A stretch of 64,000 nucleotides of DNA from the human T2T-CHM13v2.0 reference genome, Homo sapiens. The stretch lies in the NCBI RefSeq assembly GCF_009914755.1, contig NC_060926.1; one strand, given 5' to 3'. The notes beneath the pieces were generated by a model. It made no database searches. It worked only from the letters and a program-made list of their open reading frames with translations, and was not told the origin of the DNA. The translations under genes and the position numbers were made by a program. Positions 1-15,925 of the stretch are shown here, one piece after another (within the stretch, counting starts at the first letter, position 1; every line of letters begins with the position of its first letter).

Positions 1-1440
1 AAAAAGAACAAAGCTGGAGGCACCACATTACCTGACTTTAAACCATACTATAAGGCTACAGTAACCCAAACACCATGGTACTGACATAAAAACAGACACA
101 CAGACCAATGGAACAGAATAGAAAGCCCAGAAATAAAGCTGCGCACCTATAGCCATCTGATCTTAGACAAGGCCAACAAAAATAAGCGAATGGGAAAGGA
201 CTCCCTTTTCAATAAATAGTGCTGGGATAGCTGGCTAGCTATATACAGAAGAATGAAAGTGGACCCCTACCCTCCACCAAATAAAAAAAATTATCTCAGA
301 TGGATTAAAAGTTTAAACGTTAGACCTCAAACTATAAAAATCCTAGAAGAAAACTTAGGAAACACTATTCTGGAAATTGGCCTTGGAAAAGAATGTATGA
401 TTAAGTCTCAAATGCAACCGTAACAAACACAAAAACTGACAAATGGGACCCAATAACTAAAGAGCTTTTCCACAGCAAGCAATCAACAGAGTAACAGACA
501 ACCTACAGAATGGGAGAAAATATTCACAAACTGCATTTGACAAAGGTCTAATATCCAGAATCTATAAGGAACTTAAATTAACAAGCAAAAAACAAGCAAT
601 CCCATTAAAAAGTGGACCAAGGACAGGGACTGACACTTTTCAAAAGAAGACATAAAAGTGACCAATAAACATATGAAAAAAATGTTCAACATCACTAATA
701 ATCAGGAAAATGCAAATCAAATCCACAATGAGATACCATCTTACATGAGTCAGAATGGCTATTACAAAAATGTCAAAAAAACAACAGATGTTGGTAAGGC
801 TACAGAGGAAAGGGAATGCTTATACACTGTTGGTGGGAATGTAAATTAGTTCAAACACTATAAAAAGCAGTTTGGAGATATCTCAAAGAACCTAAAACAG
901 AACTACCATTCAATCCAGAAATCCCATTACTGGGTATATATCCAAAAGAAAATAAATCATTCTACCAAAAAGATACATCCACTCATGTTCACTGCAGCAC
1001 TATTCACCACAGCAAAGACATGGAATCAACCTAGGTGCCCATCAATGGTGAATTGGATAAAGAAAATGCAGTACAAATACACCATGGAATACAGCACAGC
1101 CATAAAAAAGAATGTAATCAAGTTATTTGCAGCAACATGGATGCAGCTAGAGGTCATTATGCTAAGCAAATTAATGCTAGAAAACAAAACCAAGTACTGC
1201 TTGTTCTCACTTATAAGCAGAAGCAAAACACTGGGTACTTACGGATATAAAGATGACAACAATAGACACCAGGGACTACTGATGAGGATTGGAGGGGAAC
1301 AAGGGTTGAAAAATTACCTGTTGGGTACTATGCTTATTAATCAAGTGGCGAGATCATTCATATCCCAAACCTCAGCATCACGCAGAATACCTATGTAACA
1401 AACCTGCACATGTACCCCAAATCTAAAATTAAAATTATTT
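1..1440 (+). mobile_element. LINE-1 3' portion (ORF2 C-terminus + 3'UTR), older primate subfamily (L1PA13-16/L1PB-like), cut by window start
   Basis: ORF2 remnants (985..1398 MFTAALFTTAKTWNQPRCPS); 3'UTR with AACCTCAGCATCAC and TGTAACAAACCTGCACATGTACCCC, then A/T-rich tail; many frameshifts. Confidence 0.93.
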
Positions 1441-2691
1441 TAAAAATTAATTATGCAGACTGTCAAGTTGAACTTCAAAATTTAGTAAAAAGCAGACAGA
1501 AAAGATATATGTGACTGAACTCATTGTAGTTTCCAGACTAGTATTCTGAAAAAGATAAATCCTCACGTGTTTGATACTTTATATCAATTTATTGTATATT
1601 ATTTTCTGCACAAAGACATTTTGAATCAAATCATAGACCTATCCACCAGAAAAATAAATATGATAAATTGTTTTCTAATATTTAAAAATATATGTAACAG
1701 ATAAGTTAACATATATAAGCAGTTTAAATTATATATAATAGAGATTTGCTTCGTATCTTTATATTTGAACCTAAAGCAATCACATAATCTCTACAAAGTC
1801 TTGATCTTGTTGTTTCCCATCACCTGTGCATACTCATTGTTTGGCCTGGACTATGACACATAGGTACATTTCGTATGTTTGTCAATTACATGGATTAATT
1901 TCTGAATGGTGAATTTGTTTTTAAAGTTGTTCTGCTTTTCCAAATTTTGAAACGTAAAGGCCAAAATAACTTTTATATGCATTCATGAATTTAAGCAAGT
2001 TGGAATGCAGTTAAAGACCATGCAGTTAAAATTGTAAATTAACCCAGGATGTTACCTACAGATTGTAGGGTGATATCAGTAGGGTCGCTTCCTGTGTTGT
2101 CTGTGGGTTATGGTTGCAGTATCTGTACTCTCCAAACTTATAACCTAATACTTTCCATGACTTTTAATGCATATAATTTTTTATTTGATCATTTTTTCCA
2201 ATAACTAATTTTTCTGAATGTCTGTTCTCTGCTACAAATTGTATCGAGTCAAAAATAATTTTGCTTTGTTCCTGAAAGATGAGAACAATTTCACACAGTA
2301 AAACAAATTAAAAATTATGTCATCAATATTGATAAAAGCTTTGTATTGTTTTTATTAGAAACGGTGATGAAAATGTACTTCTATTAAACATTTTACAGTA
2401 TATTATACTGATTTATTACTTTTACATTCATGGCACATAAAATAGTTAATGAGGACTTTTTTTTTTAGTTTGGCAGGCAACATGAAATCATTTGCCATCT
2501 CTGATTAGGAAATTAGTATAGGATAAATTACACATGTGTGCTGAAGGTGGGAAGCCATGCCAACCAACCTATGCCACCCCTCATTTTACCTGGTTTACAG
2601 AGCTTTTTATACACCAGAAAACACAGACCAGGAGAAAGCTTTTTAAATCTAAAGAATGAAGGAATCCTTCCAGCCAAAAAAACACAGCTTC

Positions 2692-2757
2692 TTCTACATC
2701 CCCTTGTCTGTGCAAAAGACATTTCTACATCCCCTTGTCTGTGCAAAAAAACATTTC
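2692..2757. repeat. 31-32 bp tandem duplication
   Basis: TTCTACATCCCCTTGTCTGTGCAAAA(G/AA)ACAT occurs twice, at 2692 and 2723. Confidence 0.9.
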
Positions 2758-2769
2758 AAGCATCACATC

Positions 2770-2951
2770 TACAACTAAATCTTGATTTATCCATAAACCT
2801 GTTCCTCCCTCATTAGTAATATCATTAGTATTGCTCATACCCCAAAACTGAGGATAATCCTCCACTCCTGTCTTTCTCCTAACCCCCATATCCAACCAAC
2901 TACAAATCTCATTTGCATTACCTTCTAAATACATTCCAGAATCAACCACTT
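2770..2951 (+). mobile_element. L2 fragment, left part; resumes at ~5479-5590 after the L1 insertion
   Basis: ...CCTTCTAAATACATTCCAGAATCAACCACTT resembles the L2 3' region; the sequence resumes after the L1 TSD. Confidence 0.6.
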
Positions 2952-5478
<2,527 letters not shown>

Positions 5479-6704
5479 TCAACCACTTCTTATCTCCTCT
5501 GTAGCCAATGCCTAGTTCTCTCTTCTCTTCCCTCACCTCACATCACTCATGTGCCCTATTTCAACAGCCTCCTGACTCCAATCCATGCTGATACCAAAGG
5601 CTCAATCTCTTCTCCTACTGCAAAGTTATTCCTCCACCAGCTTTTGATCTGACTGAGTCTCAGTAAGAAGGGAGCTTCACTCTTAGTACCTTCATTAATT
5701 GCCACATTGCTTATCTATTTTTCCTCCCACATTGTGTTCTCTGACATCTCCAGAACCACTAGTAGTGACAAAGAGAACATGTTAGGAAGTCTTTAAGTGA
5801 CCCTCAAAAGACCAAAATATTTGATCCAAGAGATATTCAGTCTCCAGCTAGAAACTTAGAAGCAGCTGGCTTATTTTTCATTCTATCCCCTCAGTGTTCC
5901 CTCTATATAAATAAAGGTTATAGAAATGGATAAGCTGTAGAAGGAAGGTGATTTTTATAGCAGTCAGAAAAGAAAAATATATAATCATTTCAAGTGGTAA
6001 TGATTTCTCAAAATATAATAAAACAGAATAAGGGAATAGAGAGTAACTCCGTGGGAGGGAAGGCAATTGAATCAAACACAAAAAAGTGCAAGTTAGGAGA
6101 GAAAGATCCCAGGACTGTGTGATTTCAGTCAAGCTTGATCGACACTATCTGAAGTCTGAGATAGGTGGAGACGACTAGGAGATAGGAAACGTTGCTAATC
6201 TTGCAGCAAAAGAAATTCAGGAAGATTGCCAAGGAGATTTGCTGCCATACAGTGTTTGAGCAGGAGAGATTAGGAGACAGATTTCAGGAGTTAAAAAGAA
6301 ATGTTAATTAAGCCTAATTATAGACTTGCTTTCAGTATGATTTGACAGGAAAAAAGAATTAGCACAAATAGGAGGGAGACAAAAGAAACAGCAGTCAAGC
6401 AGTTTTCCTATTTTTAATGAACTATAAATTTCTGAATGGGTAAGAAACTAAACCTATAAATATGGGAACCCAGGGACAATATGGAGTGACAGGCAATTCA
6501 GGACAGTGAGGGTTTTAATTACACACAGCCGGAAGGGATACAGAGCCCTGGTGAAAAGACCATAAAGGAAGGGGAGGGAAATTACTCTCTGACATCACAT
6601 GGAAGTGTTAGAAAATAGATTTGGGGAGAGCGTTCTGTGGAGAAAGAAGATGACAAATGATTTGGGTCTTGTGTGGGGAAGGGGATTAATCTTTTAAGGA
6701 GGAT

Positions 6705-6860
6705 TAACCTCGTTTGTCTCAGTTTCCTCCTCTCTACAATGGACTCTAAACACTAATCACCTCACAGGGTAGTTGTGATGATTAATGAGTTAATCCGTAA
6801 AGACCTAAGAACTGTAACTGTTGCAAAGAATCTCTCAGTGCATATGAGCGGTTATTATTC
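6705..6860 (+). mobile_element. MIR SINE
   Basis: core CTCAGTTTCCTC...CTCACAGGGTAGTTGTGATGATTAATGAG. Confidence 0.75.
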
Positions 6861-7019
6861 AATCTCATAGTTTTCCACAACTGCAAAATAATTATTTTTG
6901 TCATAACAACTAGATATGACAAAATATTAATGATTATATAAAGCCTTGCCATACACAAATTATTTTAATGAAAAATATCACTTATTTTTCTCTACAATCA
7001 TTTTTTCCACAATTCATCT

Positions 7020-7165
7020 AGATACCAAGCAACATTTTCATATTGCACAAATGAGGAAATTAAAGTTCAAGGAGGTTAGTGGCTCGTCCAGTTTTCACAT
7101 TAGTAAATGATAGAGCCATGGCTCAAACCCAGGAGTTCTAAATCCAAATTCTGTGGTCTTAACAT
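7020..7165 (-). mobile_element. MIR SINE
   Basis: ACAAATGAGGAAATTAAAGTTCAAGGAGGTTAG...CTCAAACCCAGG (reverse MIR core). Confidence 0.7.
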
Positions 7166-7339
7166 TAAACTGGGTTTCTAAATAGGGGAGAATTTCTTTA
7201 AAGGAGATTTCTGAATAGATCTTCACACATCCCAAAAAAATAAATAATCATAGTTACCAACAGACCAAAGATTTTTTAAAAACAACTCAATTTCAACAAA
7301 TCAATCATACTGTCCTGTCTTTCCCTTTGCTGACAGATA

Positions 7340-7650
7340 AATGCAAAATGATAGTTCTTCATGTGATCACAAATGACAGTCCAAACTCTTAAGTATCATG
7401 TCTACATTCAAGGTAGGAACAAAGAGGGAAAGATACCAGCTCCATCTGTTCTTTCTAACAGCAAAAGAAAAAGTTTTCCAAAAGCTTTCACAGCACTCTT
7501 CCTTTATATCAGGATTAGGTCACATGATCTAGTCTAGCTGTGATGGACACCTTGGGCTGGGCACATGGTCACCCTAAACAAAATCAGGGCTATACTGGCA
7601 AGTAAGAAGAAGAAATGGATATTAGGCAAACAATTAACAGTGCCAGTTAC
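7340..7650. mobile_element. MaLR LTR fragment (MLT1J-like)
   Basis: GGGCACATGGTCACCCTAAACAAAATCAGGG...GAAATGGATATTAGG resembles the MLT1J terminus. Confidence 0.55.
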
Positions 7651-8139
7651 AAATACTCCCCTAGCTGGCAAAGTAAGTCAAGCCAAGCTCAATAGGAGCA
7701 GCATGTAGGAGAACAAAAACCAAGAGCAATAACAGACTAAGGACCAGGTTCCATTACCACTTTCCAGATGCCAGGCAATTAAACACATTCCAAGACCTGA
7801 GAATGGTGGCAGAGTTGTCCTCATTGATATTGGGTTTATTGCTAACACAGGCACAGGGCTATACCTAATTTTATTTGTAAAACAGGCTAATATGTTTTTT
7901 CCTTGCACCTCAAGTGTGTGGAACAATCTACCAACTACATTTGTCTTCTGAGTTCTCTACTGCTCTGCATCATTCTAAAAACATTAGCATTTTAAAGTAG
8001 CCTTCCACAGAACCCAGAAAAGTGACTCATCTGGAATCGTCAAGTCCATCCAAAGCAGAAGCTATGAGGAAGTCAGGAACTAAAAACATGGAGATTGATC
8101 TAAAGTTTTTGTTAGGTTGAACTACATGCAATTGCCTAT

Positions 8140-8232
8140 TGTTATGAGTAGAGGTGTCTCCCACAAATATTCATGTGTTGAAATCCTAACTGCTAGTACC
8201 TCAGAATGTGACCTTATTTGTAAATAGGTTAT
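8140..8232 (+). mobile_element. MLT1B/C-like LTR 5' fragment
   Basis: ATTCATGTGTTGAAATCCTAAC...CCTCAGAATGTGACCTTATTTG. Confidence 0.6.
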
Positions 8233-8650
8233 GCTAGCCCAAGATATTCAGTGAACAGGACTGCAGAGCGGGATGATGCCTGCAGATATTGCAGAGTCTC
8301 AGGGACATAATTCTAAACATCACCTGTCACAGTCTCCCAGGCCTGGACTGTGCTGGGGTTGCTTAAACAGTGAACTGAAGAATCAGATTCTATGAAAAGA
8401 CAAGACTTAGACTTTGAGAAAAGATTTTCAAATTACATATCTAATAAAGAACTTGTATCCAAGAATATATTAAGAACTCAAAACAATACAAAAACTAACA
8501 ACTCAATTTTTAAGATTGTCAAAAGATTTGAACAGCCTTTTCACCAAAGATATATGAATTGCAAATAAACACATGAAAAGAAATTCAACATCATTACTCG
8601 TTAGGGAAATGCCAACCAAAACTATAATGATACCACTACATACCTGTTAG

Positions 8651-10072
8651 TGTCACGGGACCCCTGGGGTGTCGCTTCACCAGCTGGAAACATCTGTGGC
8701 TGGCAGTGTCTTCTGCCTGAGTGTTGCTCATGCCCACTGGGCTCGTTGGGCCCACTCAGCTTGGCAGGCTGTGCTCAGCTCATGCTACCTGCTCATATCC
8801 CACACCTGCCAAGGGTGAGCCAGGTTTGGAGTGGCGAGGGGTGTGTGGGCAAGTGAGCACAGGGCCTGGCCACTGCGTACAGCCAGGCATACAGGCAGCT
8901 GCAGCTGGGCAGGCAGCTCCAGCTGCCAGCACAGGTGTTTGCTCCATGTGAGGCTGCAACTGGACCAGATGTACTGCACGTGGCTTCTGCTGCAAGCACC
9001 TGCATCTGGATGAGGGGAACGCGGTGGCACCCAGAAGCTTGCAGACACTAGGAACTGCAGAGCCCCAAAAAGGGTATAACAGCCCTGGCTTAGGGACCTC
9101 CTAGGCCTGGGCTCCCCAAAGGGCTGAAGCTGTTCTCTCCTTCTCATCACCCACAACATGGTGAGCAGGGAGCGTGTTTCAGCACTTTTTGTGTTACAGC
9201 TTTTTAAATTTCACCATTTGGTGGGTCCCTAGTTCTTGTCCCATATCCAGGAAAAATGAGGTATGTGGACAACTGGAGTGTGAGCAAGGCAGAGAGGAGC
9301 CTCATTGAGTGACAGAACAGCTCTCAGGAGACCCAAAGTTGGTAGCTCCTATCTATAGGCAGATCCTCCTGATGTCTGAGTCTGGCTGAGTTTGGGGTAT
9401 TTATGGTCTCAGAAGGTAGGAAGTGCATGGCCAGGCCTGGAAAAAGCACTAAGTTGTCACTCCAGTCTGCGGACTCCACCCAGAATTGACAGCCCAGCCC
9501 CCATACTTCAGGCTATCCCTGACTTAAAGGTAGGGCTTCACCAGGGATGTGCCCCTTTCCACCCAGAAGCCTGTCTGCCTCCTGTCACCATCAATCATGT
9601 CCATGGCACCCAGGCTATTCCTGCCGAGGGGCACCTGCAGGCCTGTGCTGAGCTGCCCTCAACCCCCACCCTTGGCCTCCCTCCTGTGGTCATGGGTGTC
9701 CAAAGCCTGGAGGGGGCCAAGGCAGCAGGGGGCTGGTGTGTCAGCACTGCCCCAAGAATGTACACACCTAGCCAGGTTGTAATATCACCTGGTCTTGGCC
9801 TCAGCTTTACTCCACAATCAGAGTGGGTTCTGGGAGTGGGGATAGGCCAGGCAGTGGGGGCAGACACTCCTGAGCCTGTGGAGGCATGGGGGCTTTCCTG
9901 GCCCCCAAGAGTGCAGGGATGCCCAGGTCTGCAACCACCACTGGGTGGCTGCAGCTGTGCCCAGGAGGGTGGGACTCCTGCCCCACCAACTCAGTAGCGG
10001 GTGGAGTGTGCCTCCCCTACTACTGCCAGCATCTTCACAGTAGATGCTCCAGACAGGCCACCACTGCCATAA
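8651..10072 (-). mobile_element. MER52-family ERV1 solo LTR, GC-rich, 4-bp TSD TTAG
   Basis: begins TGTCACGGGACCCC, ends CTCCAGACAGGCCACCACTGCCATAA (reverse of the MER52 start); TTAG at 8647-8650 and 10073-10076. Confidence 0.85.
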
Positions 10073-10626
10073 TTAGGATGGCTAAAATACTATCATACCA
10101 ATTGTTGTGTGGATGTAAAGCAACTATAACTCTCATACACTGCTGACAGGAATGTCAAATGGTATAACCACTTTGCAAAACACTTTTTCAGTGTCTTAAA
10201 AAGCTAAATGTGTACTTACCATACAACCTAGCCATTCTACTTCTAGGTATTTACTCAAGATGAATGAAAATGTATATCCACACAAATAATTGTTCATGAA
10301 AGTTTATTGAAACTTTATTTGTAACAGCTAAATCCTGACTGCAATTGCAATGTCCATCAACAGCTAGATAAACAGTGAAATACCACTCAGCAATAAAAAA
10401 ACTATTTAGACATGCAACAAGATGGATGAATCTCAAAATAATTATGCTGAGTTAAAGAAGTTAGACCAGAAAGCATGCATACTATATGATTCCATTTGTA
10501 AAAGAGTCTAGAAAATGCAAACAAATCTGAAGTAACAAAAAGCAGATCAGTAGTTGCCTAGGGATAGGGGATGCAGGGGGTAGTAAGAGAAAGAGATTAC
10601 AAAGAGGTATGTGGAAATTTTAGGGA

Positions 10627-11198
10627 TGAGACAGAGTAGGGATGGGACTTGGCTTCAGCTCACCCTGACCAGAGCATTATATTTCATGCATTCCCACTGA
10701 TCACAAGACCTTGCAAGCTGTAAGTTATCTGAAGAAACCAAGATAAGTGACATTCTACCATAAATCTTACTCAAGAAAACTCCCACCACCCTCATGTGCA
10801 AAAGACCAGGAGAATGACTGATCCTTAACCTCAGTTTCATGACAATACTAAAAATCACACCCAGGGTTGGAGACTCAACATGCTAATGAGATATGATGCA
10901 TGAAGAAGCATGTTAACAAACTACATAGGTGCTAAAATTCCCTGCCTTTACTTGCCTAAACGTCACTCCTTTCCCAACATAGCCCCCCCATAAAATTGCC
11001 TTTCCAACTCCCCAACAGGAGCCAGCCTAAGAATATTTCCTCTCCCCCTTCCCCTTTCCTCCCTCTTCACCTTTTCTCTCTCTCTCATGTTGCCTCCCTA
11101 TGCCCAGGTATAAGCTCCAATAAAACCTTCTCTGGGAAAACTATTTTGGCCTTGTGGCAATTTCAGTTGCATTGAGAGCCCAAGAACCTGTGGTAATG
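10627..11198 (+). mobile_element. ERV solo LTR (MER73/LTR47-like; family uncertain)
   Basis: TGAGACAGAG start, AATAAA at ~11119, GGTAA(TG) end, flanking GGGA duplication; interrupts L1. Confidence 0.7.
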
Positions 11199-11247
11199 GG
11201 GAGGTGATAGACCCATTTATTATCTAAATCATGGTGATATTTTATGG

Positions 11248-12490
11248 TTCCAGGGTAATTACGAGTGGAAAAAGCACAAACAGTTTTTTCTCTGCTCTCA
11301 TCCCACAATGATCAACACAGAATACTTCAGTGACCAAATGTGTGGGATGTTTTACCCCCATACCAAGCAAGCAAGCAAGCAAACAATACTGCAGCTGTCA
11401 GCTGGATGCCCACTAATTCAATTCTGAAACTACCTACTTGGAGATAGCATCAGATCCCACAGGTTGAGGGCTCAGTCCCACAAGACTGCCCCTTATTTCT
11501 GATGCCAATCACAAGCCCCAGGTCATTTTACCTGTGCTTCTGTCTGATATGGTTTGGCTGTGTCCCTACCCAAATCTCATCTTAAATTCCCATGTGTTAT
11601 GGGAAGGACCAGGTGGGAGGTAATTCAATCATGGGGGCAAGTCTTTCCCATGCTGTTCTTATGAAAGTGAATGAGTCTCACAAGATCTGATGGTTTTATA
11701 AAGAAAAGTTCCCCTACACAAGTTCTCTCTCTTTGCCTGCTGCCATCCATGTAAGATGTTACTTGCTCCTCCTTGCCTTCCACCATGATTGTGAGGCCTT
11801 CCCAGCCATGTGGAACTGTAAGTCCACTAAACCTCTTTCTTTTGTAAATTGCTCAGTCTTGCATATGTCTATCAACAGCATGCAAATGGACTAATACACT
11901 CCCTACCAACCTACCCACTATAAATAAAAGTTTCCACAACTCTCTTCTCAGGTTTGATTAATTTGCTAAAGCAGTTCACAGAATTCAGGAAACACTTATG
12001 TTTACCAGCTTATTATAAAGGATATTACAAATGATACAGATGAAGAGATGCAAAGAGTGAGTTATAAAGGAAAGGGCATGGAGCTTCCATGTGCTCTCTG
12101 GGTACACCAACCTTCAGGAACCTCCATGTATTCAGCTATCTGGAAGCCCTCCTTACCCCGTCCTCTTGGACATCTTATGGAGGCTTCACTGGATATGAAT
12201 GATTCATTAAGCCATTGGCCATAAGTGATTAACTTAACTTTTAGCTCCTTCCCTTCTCTCCCTTAACCCCAGGTTGGGGAAAGGAGAGTAAGGCTGGAAG
12301 TCCCAACCCTCTAATCATGACTTGGTCTTTTTGGTTACCACCCCAATCCGGAAGCTACCTAGGGACTGCCAGACATCAGTCAACACAACATTAGCATACA
12401 AAAAGACATCACTTTAGAGATTCTAAGGATTTTAGGAATTCAATGCCAAGAAATAGATGGAAGAACAAATATGTATTTTACAATATCACA
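11248..12490 (-). mobile_element. MER21-family LTR, interrupted by THE1
   Basis: CAGATCCCACAGGTTGAGGGCTCAGTCCCACAAGACTGCC and terminal ACAATATCACA typical of MER21. Confidence 0.8.
11545..11898 (+). mobile_element. THE1 (THE1A/B-like) MaLR solo LTR
   Basis: TGATATGGTTTGGCTGTGTCCC...GGACTAATACA termini, ~354 bp. Confidence 0.92.
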
Positions 12491-13794
12491 GGCATATACA
12501 TGTCAAAATTTATCAGATATTATATTAATACTTTAAATATGTGTAGTTAATTGTATATATTATACCACAACAAAAGAATTTTAATTGGATTCCATTAAAC
12601 TGAGATTTTTATTTTCCCTTTGCTTCTTTAAAAAAAATTATTTCAGAGTGGTTTAAAATAAGAGATTAACATGCAAAAAATTATGAGACCACAGCAAACC
12701 ATAATAGAAAAGAGGATTCAATGTTGTTAACACCAGAGGTTATATTTATTGTAAGAAGCCTATTTGATTTTGAAATTCCTGACTCCTGAGGAGGAGAAGG
12801 TATGAAATGTAATGAGTTACACAGATCTTATTATCTCATAAATGGGAGCATGCCAATTATTTAAGATAAGTTCACCCTTGAATTCTGAAAGGAATTCATC
12901 ACATGGGACTTTATGAGGACCATTGAATGATATAATGAACAATTCCTTTAACAGCAATTCCATAGCAATGGCAAAATCCTCTTTGTGTGGCCATTTCCTC
13001 AAGTCAGACAAAAGGCATACCATTAAGTCTAACCATTCTTAAGGGGAACAAAACCAATGTGGTCAGAAAGGTAGCATTCTGATTTTCTAATTTGAAGTAG
13101 TATAGTTATATGCTTGCATCCTCAGTTATACAGATAAACTATGCCCTGAGTTCCCAGGCCTAGCCTGCTGGTAAATAGATACAGACATGGAATCCAAGCA
13201 AATTTTATCTTCTTGTTGCCTGCTCATGTAGATGACCTCAGAACCCTGACAGATCAGCTGTACTCCCAGCATATCTGTTAGATACCACCCAGGCTCTTGC
13301 AGACCCCATAGTGCAGCCCTCTCCACACCACTCTGCCTCTGCTGTCTGTGCTGGAGGTCACTGTGGCTCAATGGACAACTTACAATGCTGCTCTCCAGCC
13401 TCTGGGAGGCCTGACTTGTTCCATGGTCTGCAGCAAAGCAGAGAGGAACATTCCTCACTCCAATTATGTCACACACTGTTACTAGTTCTGCTGGGACCCA
13501 GTGCTTTAAGCTTTTACTGGAAAACACTTGTCATTTCTGTTCACAGTCCTCTCTCCCCCTAGGTCTAATATTTGCAACTGTGACACTAGGCAGGGGACAG
13601 AGTGAAGTGAATACTCCCAAAAGCAGAGCTCATGGCCTTTGTACCTGGGTATGCCTGGCTCCTTCCTCCTTGGGGATGGATTCTTCCCTAAGAAGCTAAT
13701 CAGCCCCTCCTCCACAAAAATTTTGCTTGTTCATCTGACTCATTCCCCAGAAATGACTGGCCATCTCCAAATCCATGGAGTTAACATAATAAAC

Positions 13795-13968
13795 ACAAGT
13801 GGTCTCAAAGTTTGTCACATGTTAGAATCACCTGGGCATCTTTGAAAAGTCCCTATGTCCAGGGAGTACCCAAACCAGAAGATCTTAGATGGATCCCAGA
13901 CATCAGTATTTTTCAAGAGTTTCCAAGTGATTACAATGTGCAACTAAGCTTGAGAACCTGTGATCTAG
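13795..13968. mobile_element. MER5A-like hAT MITE
   Basis: GTGGTCTCAAA...TTAGAATCACCTGGG...TTGAGAACC, followed by TCTAGA. Confidence 0.7.
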
Positions 13969-15086
13969 ACAGAAGCTGAAATCCATGCTACAAATACACC
14001 TGACAATTCTCTTTTGTCTCCCAAGACAAACGAAAACAAAACTGAGAGATAACTCACTCTGGATAGCCATCTCCTCATTTTCAGATTACAAATTCATAGT
14101 CTAGATGCAAGGAAGCTGAGGAATATTTAATAGAAAGAGAAATGCAAGTTAAAAAAACCAAGGAGTGTGAAAAGTCTCAATACAATCAGAAAAACAAATT
14201 TTATGCTCAAGTAAAACACATACCGGGAATCACCTACTCCCAACTTTGCTTTCCACCGTTTGTTTTGTGCTGAAATGATAAGTTTTGTAATGAAAGCATA
14301 TTTCAGACTCAGCCTTCACAGGAAGCCTTCTACACTTTCTGTTTAAATGACAGCACTTAGGATGATGCATGAATTTCAAAGAGGCAATGTCCAAGCTCAT
14401 CTCGGGTTTACTTGGGCATTATTATTCATGAAGCCCTTTCTGAGCTCTATCTGAGGATATCTGTAAGCTGTTTCAAAAGACCAGGGACCCCTACTGTAAT
14501 AAACAAGTCATTTACATGGGGGAAATGAAAAACCTGCCATGTCTGCCAAATGAAGGCGGATGTGTCTAAGCAGAGGAGGATTGATGAAGTGAGATTAGAG
14601 AAAGCTAAAGGCTGGATTAAAATACATCAAATCTGCCAAGTGATGGAGAATATACTACCAACCAACAGGAATGGATGTTAGTGCCTAGATGATGTTGCCA
14701 TTGATTTAAAAAAAAAAAAAAAAGCAGTACATATGAAAGCTTCAAAACCTAAGATTTAGCCAAATCATAGCCCAAGGATTTCAGACATCTGCCAGGTGCT
14801 GGTGAAGCATAACTGCATTTCTTGATGCTTTCTCCTCCAGCAATCAGAACAGCACAGGTGTCCATCCTGCTTCAATAGATAAAGATTTCTGTACTCTGCA
14901 TCTCGTCCCTCAGCTTCTGGGAGAACTGCTCTGGCCTGATACATAGGCTGTGGTCACCAGCAGGTAGTAGCAAAGGGTACTCTGCAAGGTTTGTGCATTG
15001 CTTCGCCCACCTGCCTGTGTCTCTCTTATGGTAGCCCATCCTGGAACACTTCTCTTGAAACCTTCGGTTTCAAGTTCACTTATTTT

Positions 15087-15650
<564 letters not shown>

Positions 15651-15736
15651 CTCTTCTCCACCTCCTTCCTGGCAGCTATGAGACCTGGTAGTATCTTGCT
15701 CTAGCACTGCTGTATGACTGTTAAAGGTCTAAAGCA

Positions 15737-15925
15737 CCGGTTCTCACACGTTGGCATGCAGCAGAATTAATATCCCCTGGAGAGTTTGTTAAAACATAGA
15801 TGACTGCGGCCCTAGAGTTTCTGAGTCACTGAGTCTGGGGTGAGGCCCAAGAATGTACATCTTTAACAAGTTTCTGGGTAATCCCTATTGCTGCTGCCTT
15901 GGGAACCACGCTTTGGGAATCACTG
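15737..15925. mobile_element. MER5A hAT MITE
   Basis: CACCGGTTCTCA...GGGGTGAGGCCCAAGAAT...TTTGGGAATCACTG termini; similar flanks TCTAAAG/CCTAAAG. Confidence 0.75.

Larger units (their letters stand above)
8390..12580 (+). mobile_element. Old L1M (L1ME/L1MD-like) 3' end split into 4 pieces (8390-8650, 10073-10626, 11199-~11248, 12491-12580) by LTR insertions
   Basis: pieces rejoin colinearly: ...CATACCTGTTAG|GATGGCTAAAAT...; ...TTTTAGGGA|GGTGATAGA...; ...|GGCATATACATGTCAAAATTTATC. Confidence 0.8.

Noticed and set aside
9392-9997. 201-aa ORF and other overlapping ORFs at 8650-10146
   Set aside because: Lie within the GC-rich MER52 LTR (one spills just past its end); no recognisable domain; ORFs in several frames and both strands are expected from composition
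12778-12800. CCTGACTCCTGAGGAG resembles beta-globin codons 3-7
   Set aside because: Only ~16 nt with no flanking globin similarity; chance match
13126-13845. Cluster of 60-130 aa ORFs in unique sequence
   Set aside because: No recognisable protein similarity or exon structure; overlapping on both strands
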